Assembly (NCBI GenBank): GCA_964106915.2
Contig: OZ066916.1
Reading direction: 5' to 3' (one strand)
From: Podarcis gaigeae
Lineage: Eukaryota
DNA length: 64,000 bases
In this document: one piece after another, positions 48,801 through 61,779 of the stretch
How positions within the stretch are numbered: position 1 is the stretch's first letter
Layout of the letters: each line of letters opens with the position of its first letter
Notes under the pieces: model-generated
The model's database searches: none
What the model saw: only the letters and a program-made list of their open reading frames with translations
What the model was told of the DNA's origin: nothing
Program-made: the position numbers and the translations under genes

Positions 48801-50992
48801 TATGTGGAATGGCACGAGTACATGGAATGGGGAGGGAAATGCCCATCAATCTCCCCACCCCCCAAAAAGCTCAACAACTCTGGTCAGTCCAATGGATAGA
48901 TCACTGCCAGTTTTTTTTTATAGTGGGAGTAGATTGCAGTCTCTTGGAAGTATTACTGCATCCCAACAGCACAAGGATTCCCTTGAGGACAATAGGATCT
49001 CTCCCCCTTCTCTTTTTCCCTGACCCTGTGCCCTCCCCAAATGTGATTCAGGGGGTTGGGAGAACAGATATAAGGGGGAGAGAGTTGAAGTTCCATTGCA
49101 CAAGCAAAAACCCTTTCACTCACAGAGCTTCTTTATTAGCACATCCAACCCCAAAAATGCAATCCTAACCACATTTACTAGGGAATAACCCCCACTTACT
49201 TTTCAACAGGCATGCACTGATTGCACAGGGCACATATTAAGGAGTAGATCTACTTCTAAGGAATGGTGCATTTTTATTTATTTTTAAAAGGAAACCAATT
49301 GCCTCCTTTGTTTTAATAGGGCCCTTGGCTACCTTTACCGTCCCTAAAAGCAAAACATGGAATTAATACACATAATCTAAGTTGGAAAGAGTGGCTACAA
49401 TTTAAATGGTGAGTTGTCTGTGCCCTTGTGAACAGCCTGCTCTCCTTTCCTGCCTGCTTTATCACTGCAATCGTAAGTGCTTGAATATGACTACTCCCGC
49501 TTAGAACATCCTGCGCTTGGCAGGTTGCCCAAGGTTAAAGGTCTCTCTTGCATGTTGGTTGCTCAACCCAAAGCATTTCCCCTCTTCTTTCTCCTCTAGG
49601 AGATCTTAAAAAACTAGAAATCCATATAATCCAGTACTTCTAGTAGAGCAACATATTCTTAGGCCCTTTTCTGATGATAGCTGAAAAGACCCTTTAGTGT
49701 TGTACTAGGGTTAGGGATGATGAAGGGGTGAGAAAAGGTGCCCTAAACATAGTCTACCTCCCTTTTCCCCTGACTGGATTGCCGCGCCCAGTGGTCGTAA
49801 AAGACAATTGAGTTTTGGAACATGGAATATATGGACTTTGTCAGATAACACAGACAGTGAGCGTCCTGAACGCAGAACTGCCATCATTGCAAGAGAGCAG
49901 TGATGCTTTAACATCAATGTTGCAGTGCTTCAAGAGACTCGAAGAGCAGGCGAGGGACAACTAAAGGAAGAATTCTTCTGGAAAGGTCTATCTGAACAAG
50001 CACATCAAATACATGGGGTAGGCTTCACTATCAAAAACGACCTTGTGAAGCTCCTGTCAGAAGTCCCTACTGGCATTAATGAGGGACTCTCAACCCTTTG
50101 AATAAAGCTCACAAAACCAACAGGCTACTATTATAAGCGGCACCAACACTGGATGCCAATGAAGACATTAAAGAAAAATTTTACTCTCAGCTGGATACCG
50201 TCCTATCAGAGATTCCTAAGGAAGATAAAATTATCCTCCTGGGTGATTTTAATGCAAGAGTTGGGCGAGATTTCGATCTGTGGCCTGGGACTATTGGGAA
50301 AGAAGGACTTGATAACAGCAACCAGAACGGAATCTTACTTTTGACAATATGTGCAGCTCACAACCTTGTTATTACCAACACACTTTTTCAACAGAAAAAT
50401 AAATTTAAAACTTCATAGAGGCACCCTTGGTCAAACCACTGGCACCTCTTAGACTATGTTATTGTCTGTGCTAAAGATCGCTATGATGTGCTCCTTACCA
50501 GAGCTATGATGAGCGCCGACGACTAATACGCTCCACGATGGCTATCAAGATTATACCTCAATGCAGGCTTCAAGGAAGGAAACCAAGGCGCAAAATGAAC
50601 ACTCAAGCCCTTCAAGATCCCATTAAGTGGGATTGCTTCCAAATGACTCTTAAGGGCCATCTGCTTTCAGAATTCCCTGATAACATCGAGGAACACTGGA
50701 CCAAGCTAAAAACATCCATTAATGCAGCCTGTGAACAAACTATTGGATACCAAACCAAGAAACACCAGGACTGGTTTGATGAGAATGACAGTGAGATTCA
50801 ATGCATGATTGACAAGAAAAGGAAGGGTTTCAGATCTGGCAAAGAGATACTGTGCCACTAAGAAAAAAACCTTTGCCAACACTAAGGCTGAGGTTCAAAG
50901 AAGATCCAGAGAACTAAAAAACACCTGGTGGATAAAAAAAAGCTCAAGAGATCCAGCACTTAGCCAACACTCATGATGCACAGAGTTTTTTT

Positions 50993-52068
50993 GGGGGGGC
51001 ACTTGGGGCGCATTGGAAGATGGCCGACAATAACATCTCTCCGACCCACATGAGGTAATTAAGAGGCTGTGATGGGAGTAAGCAGCCTCCCTGCCCCCCC
51101 CAAGTGAGTGGGGGGAACTGCCCTTGCCTGCTGTGCCCTATACCACCCCCGAACTCGAGGGTGTGGGGGCACTAGGCAGAAAGCCCTTGTGCGGACTTCG
51201 GCTCTCCTGGACGCTGTCTCTGATTCGCGCCTCTAGCTGCAGCAACTTCAAAAGAAACAATTAGGTGGAAGCAAATGCACATATTTCAAGGCAGAATGGG
51301 GAGTAAAGACTGCTAATTGAAGAGATCTCTGAGAAAGAAGACGGGTCGGATAAACAGGAATATATCATGAGAAGACACACCAAGGCTCGGTATGTTGACA
51401 ACGGGACTGGATGGGGGGGGGACTTTCCTTTCCTTTCTTAATGTGATTAACCTAGAATCCCCCCCCAAGTCAGAAATGCCGCTTAAATGACCTAAGCTGA
51501 TGATCTAAGGAGATCGTGGAAAGTTTAAGAGCTTTGGGATGACGCGGTAAAAAAACAGCGTCGCCATTTTGGCAAGTTCTGTCAAAAGACTTATGTCTGG
51601 GAGGAGGAACAGATCTGTTTTCACATTGCGGGCGAGCCTCCTCAGAGGACTAAAGAAGGCGACAGATTTGCGAAGATTAATGATGGAAAGAGTGCTTTTA
51701 TTTATGGAAGTGATGATATATGGAAACCATCTTGATATGGTGATTGGACAAACGGAAAAATTCACACAGGATTATAACTGGTGTTTACCTGCTTAAGGAG
51801 ATTATCAGAAGAGATCACAAAGAAAAAAGAAAAATATACGAATAAGATGAGACGTAGGAACAGCAAGATAGGACTGGATAGAAATATGAACATTATTTGG
51901 ACAGATTTGTGGATATTAACACAGCAGCAAGAAGATGATTGGAATCCCCTTTGGAACTTGAAATATGGGTACCCCCAACAAAAATTTAAAATTTGGCTCT
52001 GTAATTCGGAATTTATGTGATGTGATTTGATTTGATTGGTCAGTTAATAAAAATTATTTTTTAAAAAA
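50993..52068 (+). mobile_element. 1.08-kb non-autonomous L1-like (HAL1-like) retroelement inserted in the RTE
   Basis: 20/21-bp TSD ATGATGCACAGAG(G)TTTTTTT (50973-50992, 52069-52089); G-run start and AAGATGGCCG YY1 motif at 51017; AATAAA 52046 and A-rich tail; short frameshifted ORF 51593-52020. Confidence 0.75.
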
Positions 52069-52101
52069 ATGATGCACAGAGGTTTTTTTAAGCCACAAAG
52101 A

Positions 52102-52343
52102 AGAGTTTGGATTTGATATTCCACTTTATCACTACCCGAAGGAATCTCAAAGCAGTTAACATTCTTCTTTCCCTTCCTCCCCCACAACAAACACTCTGTG
52201 AGGTGAGTGGGGCTGAGAGACTTCAGAGAAGTAGGACTAGCCCAAGGTCATCTAGCAGCTGCATGTGGAGGAGTGGAGACGCGAACACGGTTCTCCAGAT
52301 TACGAGTTTGCCGCTCTTAACCACTACATCACACTGGCTCTCA
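52102..52343 (-). mobile_element. tRNA-derived SINE (same family as 45550-45800) nested in the RTE
   Basis: Reverse-complement similarity to 45550-45800; 8-bp TSD CACAAAGA (52094-52101, 52344-52351). Confidence 0.88.
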
Positions 52344-54383
52344 CACAAAGACCATCTGTTGGCCAATAACTCATGGCATGTGCCCCCTATGCTCAGCAGA
52401 CAGTATCACACTTCTAAAAGATAAAGAAGCTATTGCACTGTGGTGGAAAGAACATTACCAACATCTCCTTAACCACAACTCCCCCGTAGCTGCTGAGGTC
52501 CTCTCACAAATTCTGCAAAAACAAGTTAGAGATGAGCTTGCAGTATCTCCAAATCTGGGAAAGTTGTGTACAGCTATTAACCAAATAAAAAATGACAAAG
52601 TCAGTGGACCTGATGGGATACCTGCTGAAATCTTCAAAGTGGGTGGAATTAAACTTACACAACAACTTCACAAGCTCTTCGAAAAAATCTGGGAAAGAGA
52701 AGAAATCCCAGCAGACTTTAGGGATGCCAAAATTATCAATCTCTTAAAAAAAGGTGACAAAACTGATTATGGAAGGCATCTTTCTATTAGCTGCGGCTGG
52801 CAAAATTCTTGCAAGGATTTTAGCAAACTGTCTCGTAACAATATCTGAGGTGACCCTTCCTGAATCCCAAAGTGGTTTTTGGCCCTCTAGGGGGACAGTG
52901 GACATGATTTTCACCGCTCAACAGCTTCAAGAAAAATGCAGAGAGCAAAACCAACCCCTGTATATAGCGTTTATTGACCTGACTAAGGCTTTCAACACTG
53001 TAAATCGTAATGCCCTGTGGACTGTCCTTCTGAAAATTGGCTGCCCAGATAAATTTGTAAACATCATTCAGCTCCTCCATGATAATATGACAGCAACAAT
53101 TGCAGATAACAATGTCTCTCAAAGTGAAGCATTCACAGTAGGATCAGGTGTTAAACAGGGCTGTGTTATTGTCCCAACTCTATTCATTATTTTCATTGCC
53201 ATGATCCTACACTTTGTTGAAGGTAAACTCCCCACCGGAGTAGAAATCATGTATCAAACAGATGGAAAGCTCTTCAATCTGAGCAGGCTGAAAGCAAAGA
53301 GTAAGGTTACCATAACTTCCGTCATAGAGCTTCAGTATGCTGATGACAATGTAGTGTGTGCACGCTCAGAGGATGACCTCCAAACCATCCTAAATATCTT
53401 TGCAGAAGCTTACATTTAACATCCAAAACACCAAAGTGCTGCACCAACAAGTACAAAATAACCCCTCTGCAGCGCCACAAATCCAATGGTGTAACGTTGG
53501 AAAATGTCGATCAGTTCTCCTACCTAGGCAGTTATCTTTCCACAAGGGCCAACATTGATGCCAAAATCCGGCATTGCCTGAGCTCTGCGAGTGTGGCTTT
53601 CTCCCGATTGAAGCGCAGAGTGTTTGAGGACTGGGACATTCACAAGGAAACCAAAATGCTTGTTTACAAAGCTATTGTACTACCAACCTTACTATATGCT
53701 TGTAGGCGAACTAATATCAGTGTACTGGAAGAAGCAAAGATCACCAGTGTCGAAGCAATGATTCTTCAACATCAGCTTTGTTGGACTGGTCATGTTGTGC
53801 GCATGCCTTATGATCATCTTCCAAAGCAACTACTCTATTCCGAACTAAAAAATGGAAAGCGTAGTGCTGGTGGTCAACAAAAGAGGTTTAAAGACTGTCT
53901 CAAGGCAAATCTTTAAAAATGTTGTATAAATACTGACAACTGGGAAACACTTGCCTGTGAGCGCTCTAGTTGAAGAACAGCCTTTACCAAAGGTGTCATG
54001 AGCTTTGAAGACACTTGAACTCAGGATGTAATGGAGAAACATGCTAGGAGGAAGGCACGCTTGGCAAATCCACACCGTGATCAACTCCCGCCAATGTCCC
54101 CACTGTGGAAGGACGTGTGGATCCAGAATTGGTCTCCACAGTCACTTACAGACTCATTGTTAAAACCATGTTTATGGAAGACAATCTTACTCGGCTATGA
54201 ATGAGTGCCAAAGAGGTCTGTCCAGTAAATTTGGTTCTTATGATTTTTTTTTTAAAAAAATTGCCCTGGATGTGAATAAATACCCAAGAATGAAATACAT
54301 AAGCAGCACGAGCTGGCACCTGATAAAAGTGGATCTTCTTCCATTGACGATATGAGTTTTAGTTCATGGACTAAATTTGCACA

Positions 54384-54653
54384 GGGTTGTATCCAGTGGT
54401 GGCTTTTGCACCAGCAAGCAGTCCTTTTGCTCATGCAAGGCATGATACCTCTTCTACCCCACCTACTGAACTTCTCTGCAGCATAACCCTCTGCAGCATT
54501 CTGTTCTGGAAGGTCCCCCCAACCCTCAGGAGCAGGGTTGATTTCCTTTGGAAGGGTGGAGTAGCTAAGGGTGATTGGCAAAACATGTTGTGCTTTGCCT
54601 TGCATGAGCAGAAGTGCTTTCTTGCCAGCACAAAGCCGCCACTGATACAGCCC
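54384..54653. mobile_element. Palindromic MITE (PIF/Harbinger-like)
   Basis: About 58-bp imperfect TIRs GGGTTGTATCCAGTGGTGGCTTT...GCTCATGCAAGGCA / TGCCTTGCATGAGC...GCCGCCACTGATACAGCCC; flanks ACA/ATA. Confidence 0.7.
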
Positions 54654-55837
54654 ATATATATCATGTGTACTTTGAGGAGGGAGGGAGCCAAGAATAATCA
54701 CAAACGAAGAATTCGTATTTGTTGCACTGCTTGTATACAGGATTTTGAAATTGGTATGCAAAAAGAAAGAACTCTCTTGACAAAATTGCTACACTGTGCT
54801 GTGAGAAGTTGCTGCACCTTAATATCCACCCATCTCAGTCACATTCTGACTTTGCCTTTGTTGAGATCTTCTCTGAGTTCCTCCACATGACCTGTCTATT
54901 GAGCATTTGTCTTTATTTGCTTGCCCAAAGCTTATGCAAAGATTTGGTGATGTTGAGTCTTTATTTAAACAGTTGCTCTGATTTGTTTCCTATGAGGTTA
55001 TACGACCATGAACATTCATCCTGATTGCATTCTGATTTGCTTGCAAGGTGGTTATACAAATTCCCACTAGCCAAAGGTTTATCCCACACTTCTAAGTGCA
55101 TATTTCTGACACTTTCCTAACTGCAAAAATGTTCATATCTCTTAGGAAAATGGATTTGTTGTGCTAGGGCAATAGAGCACTTTTATCCATTCTAATTGCA
55201 CAAATCCAAATCTCTGGTATGCAGTTGAATCTCGCAAAATACTGATAGTCTGGAAGCAGTCTCCGTTTTCCTCTAAGCTCCTTTCCAGATCAATGTCACT
55301 GAAGTCACTTCACAGAGTAATAACAGTAGTGAAGTTACTGTTGTCTCCCAGCCAGCGGAGAAGAGTGGAGCCCTTGTTCTATCATGAGCTTTTGTCAAAT
55401 TCTAATGCCAGTGATGTTTTCCAGTACCTACTCATGGCAGGTAGTCTTTGTGTTCTAATTCCAGTGGCGTGTTTATGACAGGAAAGTTTTGCCCTTATTG
55501 ATGAGTGCAGCTTGTATATGATAGGAAGATGTCAAAGAGAGGAAGCACTTTATGATCTATGCAACTGGCCACAGAATTGCCTTATTGTATGAATCCATAT
55601 AAATAGGAATGCAGTGAGAGAACTGAGCCAAACTGAATATCCTCAGCAGTTTATCTTGTTTTGTTGTCCCTCAGGCTTTGTATGGTTCATATGCATGTTC
55701 AAAGCTTACTTCAGTTCTTTTTGGTTTACTGTCTAACCTAGTTCAGCCAAATCACTTTTCTGAATAATTTTTTTTCCTGTGCTTGATCTTCACCCCTCCT
55801 TCAGCTATTCTTTCTTCCCTGGAAGGGACACCTGCAT

Positions 55838-55903
55838 ATTCCTGAATTGCAGGGGGTTGGACTAGATGATCCTTATGGTCCCTTCCGACTCTATGATTCT
55901 ATG
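55838..55903 (+). mobile_element. CR1-type 3' tail fragment
   Basis: gggttggactagatgatcc...ggtcccttccgactctatgattctatga, the canonical CR1 3' end. Confidence 0.75.
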
Positions 55904-58900
55904 AGACATTGCAATCTTCCTGATACTCATTCTGCAAACTTCAGTCTGCAAATTGTTTCAACCCCATTACACATTTGAACAATTCATTCATGGCTTCTCT
56001 CTCTCTCTCTCTCAGCTTGCTGTATAACAGGTGTTTGAGTCTGAGCGACTTAGCCCATTGTATAATTCATGCTACACATTTTACTGCTTGTTTCCCCCTT
56101 CACTTTGTTGTCGCCTTTCTCTTGTCTGAACAAGGCATTGTGTGCATGCTGTCCAATTGTGAGCAAAGTGACTCCCTGATGAACGCAACATCATGCATGT
56201 TTAAATGGATGTGGAGTGGAAATTAAGTGCTTCTAATCTTTCATACACCAGTAATTTATTCTCCAGAGTCCACGGCCAGGCTTGTCGGCTTCTCAAATGT
56301 ATTTCATTCGAGGCTCGGCAGGATTCCAAAAAAACAGACGGCAGCTTCTCTTTTGCTTATGCCAACTTTGAGGGCCTTTCCAGACGCTTCACAGGGAAGA
56401 TTTTGCTTCTCTCTACTAGGGTTGCACTCACATTCACCATATGATACCATATATCCTCTGCCCCCATGTACTGAAAAAAAAGTCAAAGTTGCTGCAGGGG
56501 GTGGAGTGGGGGGACTTGACAAAGAATGACAGACCAGTGCTTCACTGATATGAGCAAGCACACAACTTCCAAGGGAACAACAGTAAAGAAACAGGGGGAA
56601 CTGTATGATCCTGTCTGTGCTCCCTTGTTGCCTCCACTGGTGGTACACAGGACTATCCTTTCTGCTACATGCAACAACACACAGAGTAACAAAAAGTGAA
56701 ATCACTACTTTGTTTCCATGTGTCTAAGGAGTCAAGGGAGAAACTCAGGGCCCCTCTGGACATCTGGGATCAGGGATTAAGGAGGAGGATGCAGGGAGAG
56801 GAGAAAAATGGATTAGCTAGGAAGGAGAAGGTAGGGATGCTACAGGAATTAGAAGTGAAAGATAATGGAGTACTATGAAGGCAAGGTGGGAGAAGATGCA
56901 TGTAAACACACAAATCTAGATCTAGTAAAACTGGTCTTTTTGAAATTGCATGGGGGTTTTTCCCCACAGACTCTCCCTTCAACCACCATCAAATCATAGA
57001 TCACATTTGTCTGCATTAGGGATAGGCTAATCTTTTGTTTTGTTGTCATCCTATGTTAAAGGGGGAGGAGGACACCCATGAAAACCCATGCCTTGGATCA
57101 ATGTTTTTGAGGAACTGACAAGCACCAGATCTGGTAAAAATAACAGATCATGTTATTGTGTGTCCCCCCACCCCGTAAGCTTTTATTTGATGGTAGCTTT
57201 TTGGGGACCCATATAGCATCATGCAAATTCAAGAGGAATTTTAATTCTGCTGTGTCAGAATTTTATCCAACCTTGTTTGTGTGTATCTGTCTGGGAGAGT
57301 GACCCAAGGGAGTAGGGAGATAAGCAACCAGAGGGGAAGGAGTACACAGGAGTCACTCAAATTTCCAAATGAGCCCTAAGGTTCTAAAAGGTTGGTGACC
57401 CCTGTCCTAGAAATACTCCAGAATACTATTTTTCCTGATAATGTTGTATGTACATTTATTAAACTTGATATATTTCAAGTACACTCAGTGAGTGATACAA
57501 ATTTCGTTGTCACCATTAATTGCCGTTCATTAATTTCAGTTGTTGTCATTTAGACGGGGTTAAATTCTATAACAATTTATGGGCTGTCTAATATTGCACA
57601 CTGCCAAATATTTTATCCTTATTATAACAAAGGACAGTTTACAAGGCATTTTTGACAAGGCAACCTAAGTCCCAGTACTAAAAATTGCACAAAGTAGCAT
57701 TTAGGATTTTACATCTTACCGTATATGAGAAATATCCATTTAGGTTTTCCTTTCAGATCCATTTTATAAGCATTTGCAGGCTAAGCCCATGCAAAGCCCA
57801 AGCAATCTTAGTAAGTCTTACTCATGCTACCCACAAAACTTTCATGTGGTTCCCTTAATTAAAAGACCGGGGAAAGTACAGTATGTTCTATGGTGATGCA
57901 GTCCAACATGGTGATGTGAACAAACGAAAGCATATTGATTACAAAATCTGAGTCAAAGCCCTTAAAACTGTAATAGAAAGGAAAAGGCAGTTTCCTCTCA
58001 TTCTTTTCCACTTGCCTTGAAACGAATGAACGAATGAACAAACAAACAAACAAACAAACAAGCAAACCCATAAATTGTAAAATAATGAGGTGTAAAATGC
58101 ATGCTTAAATTAAACAGTGTGACAGTAGTCACAGGTTAAGAGTCCTTCTCTGTACAGTATGTAGCACTAAGAGAATGACGTGGAGAAGAGAATTTGAATT
58201 TGGGAAGAATGGGTTACATCCTGAGTAGTATCTCCTAAGTTACATCAGGACAAAGACAGATGTAATGAAAACATAGATCCACAATAGTAGCTCTATTTGC
58301 AGATTGACTGAACAGTGATTCCGTTTGGGCCATCAATCTTGTCCCCTCCTTCTGCTCTCTCTTTCACTTTTTAATTTTATTTATTTAGAAGAGCATTTAT
58401 AAACCACCGACTCACAAAAATATATAATGATTATACAATAAAAGCACATTGATCCCACAGTTGCCTCCACCAGGGAGAGAAAGGTTGCTTCCAGATGCCA
58501 TTGTTTATTGAATATCCATCCTGATTTGTTCGCACAAAGTTCGGAGGAATGTTAGATGTTATCAGCTATTTACTGAGTGATCATTCTGATTCATTTGCGG
58601 GGAGGTTGGATGATGTTGGCTATGCACTGGGTACAGCAGGGGTGGGGAACTTTTTTGGCCTTGCAGGCTTTGCAGGTTAGATCTTTATCAGGATCAGACT
58701 CAGGGTCCAGTTTGACAGGTGGGTGGAGCCAGCCACCTATTAATCATCGCATGATGACATTATGATTCAGCACAGGGCTCATGGTTAACTTTTTCCAACT
58801 AAAGACAGAAAAGTCAGCAATGGCAGTAAGGGAGGAAGCAGGCAGGCTGGAAGAGACAAGACTGATATGCTGGTACAATCATCTATAGTTTTTGCAGAGC

Positions 58901-59175
58901 CAGGCAGGAACCATGGTTAGTTCTCTTTTTATTTTATGTCTGTGATCAATTTGCACATGCACACTTGTGGACGGGGTGGGGAGAAGAGGCCCAAAGGAAA
59001 CAATGGAACTGAAAGCTGTGGCCACCTGTGCATTCACAGCACTTTGGAAAACATTCAGACCTAAAAAAAGAGTTTGTCATGCATGTCAACAAGACCAGGC
59101 AATTTGGAACTCTGGGTTCCAGATAGCATTCATCTGGAAGGGTCCTGAATCAGACCAAGAATAAAAATTCTCACT

Positions 59176-59291
59176 GGAGAGAGAGCTCAGTTGGTCGAGC
59201 ATAAGACTCCTGATCTCAGGGTTGTGGGTTTGAGCGCCACATTAGGCAAAAATATTGGATCCTCGTGCCCTCTTCCAATTCTATGATTCTA
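59176..59291 (+). mobile_element. Short tRNA-Lys-derived SINE with CR1-type tail (degenerate)
   Basis: agctcagttggtcgagcataagactcctgatctcagggttgtgggtttgagcgccac resembles tRNA-Lys(CUU); ends ttccaattctatgattcta. Confidence 0.7.
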
Positions 59292-61641
59292 AAGTGTACA
59301 ATAAGACTAAAAATGAGTTAAAACTATGAAATCAGAATTCATTTGAGAAGCCTGGTGGAATATTTTTTTAAGTCTTCAGTAAGCACTGGAAGCATAACAA
59401 GGAGGTAGCCTGTTTGACCTCTGCTGGAAGAGAGTTGCATAGAATTAAACAGTATTTGTTCATACTGTTCAAAAGACCTTGGCTGTAGTATACCAAACAA
59501 TTCAGGTTTCACCCTGAAGCTCCTGCACAGATCTGCTACACTGGTGCTGATGCTCTGAATAATACTCAGTAGTCAAGTGTATTCCAGTGGCAGGCTAAAA
59601 GTTAGGAGGCTTTATAATTGTAAATATGAAATGAAGGGGAAAGGAGCAAAACATCTCCAGTGATAAAAAGCTTTGAAACTGGGAGATTATCAGTATAATC
59701 CTAACTACTCAGATTTAAGTCTTACTTCAATAATTCAATGGATTTTACTCCCAAGTAAGTGGGATATTAGGATTGCATCCATAAGGTATAAAATCTTTTC
59801 CAACTATGAATTTTACTCATTGGCTATGGACATGTCAGTCTTTTCCCTTACAATTTATTGGGCCTCTAGTAGAGTGTGTGATTTACATGCAGAGGACTCC
59901 AAATTTAGTCCCGAGCATCTCATTTGCCTAGGACCCTGGATAGCCACTGTCAGTCAGAGTCAACAACTCTGGAGTTAAATGGTCAAGAAATCTGATTTAG
60001 TAGAAAGCATCTTTTTATATATGTCTATCTGACTCGGCCGCTCTGAAGTTTATTACTAAACCTAGGACTATGCCACATTTTTGTGGAGTGTGTTTTTTAT
60101 TTTGAAATGGGGGCATTCAAAGTGCACTATTTTATTTTATTTTGCCAAATACAGTGCTTATTTTGCCAAACAATTCATATTGGTTTCAAACTGGTTTGGC
60201 TTTGCTTTCTGCTTGGCTGTTTTTGCCTCCATGGGTGGCAAAGTAGTTTATGTGTAATTAAACAAATCATCACCATCATCATGGCAACCGATCAGCAAAC
60301 ACATGCACATAATGCTTTATATTATGCTATGTCTGGCATTGTTTTTGTATTGTTGTTGTAAGCTGCTCTGGTGCCATTCAAGAATGAAGGTGGGATGTGA
60401 ACCCCACAAACAAATCTAATGACACATCTTCTACCTGGAGATGCTAGAGATTCAGTTTGGTACAGCTCTACCCCTTCCTGCTTCCATTGGAAAGCAGAGC
60501 TCAAAAGCTCCTGAGCTTTCATAGAAGCAGCTAACTCTATAACTTCAAAGTGGACTCAGAAGTCAGGGCTGGCCAGCTGTGCTACAATTGGTTAGCAAGG
60601 TGACTAAAGGACTTGTTGAGGAACCCCAGTTCTTTGGTGGGGCTTCAACTTAGAAAGTAGTGTGATTTGAGGCAGGTAGGCAGGAAGAGCATCTTAGCAC
60701 AGATCACTGTTCTTAAACCAACCAAGCTATGCCAGATAAACGACAGAACTTAAGAAAATTGCTCCCAGACAGCACAATAAAAAACAAAAACCCACGGAAT
60801 CAACTTTGACTCACCCTTTGTCTTTCCCAGGATACAGAAGTTTTTCCATATCTGGGAAAATATGTGTGACTCTGTGGGAGAATGACCTAAAATATGAAGA
60901 GAGTATGAATTAATTTGATGTCTGCAGTGAGCCATTTGTTTGTATTCTTGTTGTCTAATTGGAACCATATCACTTGCCACTATGACAAAACTCGTATTGG
61001 TTTTTGAGGGAGTACTGTTGCTTTAAGAAAGTCTTGTAGAAGCTTGCATGGATGTTTCCTAGTTGCTTACCAGGGTCGGGGCCCTTCCAAGTCCCGCTGG
61101 GCTAGATACTGTATGTGGAAAACTATCAATTGTCAGTGTCAGAACTAAAAGTGACGATCCAGAGCCTAAATTGTTGGGGAAAGTATCATTTCTACCATGT
61201 CTGGTATTGCTATTTCAGTGCTCCTCCCCATTTGTCTCATTCTGCTCCTGTTGTCACACTAAATGATTGCCAGATCTATCTGCCTGTTATGTAGATTAGG
61301 TAACCAGATGTTATTATATCAAGATGCATTCAGAGCAACAGTGCTAAATTTAAGAAGTCCTACATTATCAAGTTAAAATTTTAATGTTGCTCTGAATGTG
61401 TCCATATGTGTACACATAGTGGCATTGAATTATGCTATTCACGATACTGGTTACAGGCGCAAACTTTAATTGTATACAATTTCTGAAAACCCACACCTAG
61501 ATTTATTTCTGCCTAACGTATTAAATTAATAACTGAAGTTGAATTTCAGAGCTATTGATAAAAAATGAAACTTTTAAACAAAAGATCCCCAGATTAGGCA
61601 ACAGGCTGAATGTAGATGTTTTGTCAATTTAGCCATCAGAT

Positions 61642-61779
61642 CAGGGGTAGCCAACGTGGTGCTCCCCAGAATCTATTGGACTTCAATTCCCATCGTCCCT
61701 CACTAGTTGCCATGCTGGCTGAGGCTGATGGGAGTTGGATTCCAACAACATTTGGAAGGTACAACCTTGGCTACCTGTG
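61642..61779. mobile_element. Short hAT-type MITE
   Basis: CAGGGGTAGCCAAC...TTGGCTACCTGTG; 8-bp TSD CATCAGAT/CTTCAGAA (6 of 8 match). Confidence 0.72.

Larger units (their letters stand above)
49720..54213 (+). mobile_element. Near full-length but decayed RTE-clade LINE (APE endonuclease + RT), with two nested insertions
   Basis: FGTWNIWTL...PERRTAIIARE, LQETRR, ILLGDFNARVG, KKHQDWFDEND, KVSGPDGIPAE, LPESQSGF, FIDLTKAFNTV, GVKQGCVI, LQYADD, FSYLGS, WTGHVVRM; many stops, frameshifts and deletions. 5' boundary approximate. Confidence 0.9.

Noticed and set aside
49705-49716. Telomere-like TAGGGTTAGGG
   Set aside because: Only about two units, expected by chance.
54252-54890. Overlapping 169-aa and 167-aa ORFs on opposite strands
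   Set aside because: They span a palindromic MITE and have no domain or splice support.
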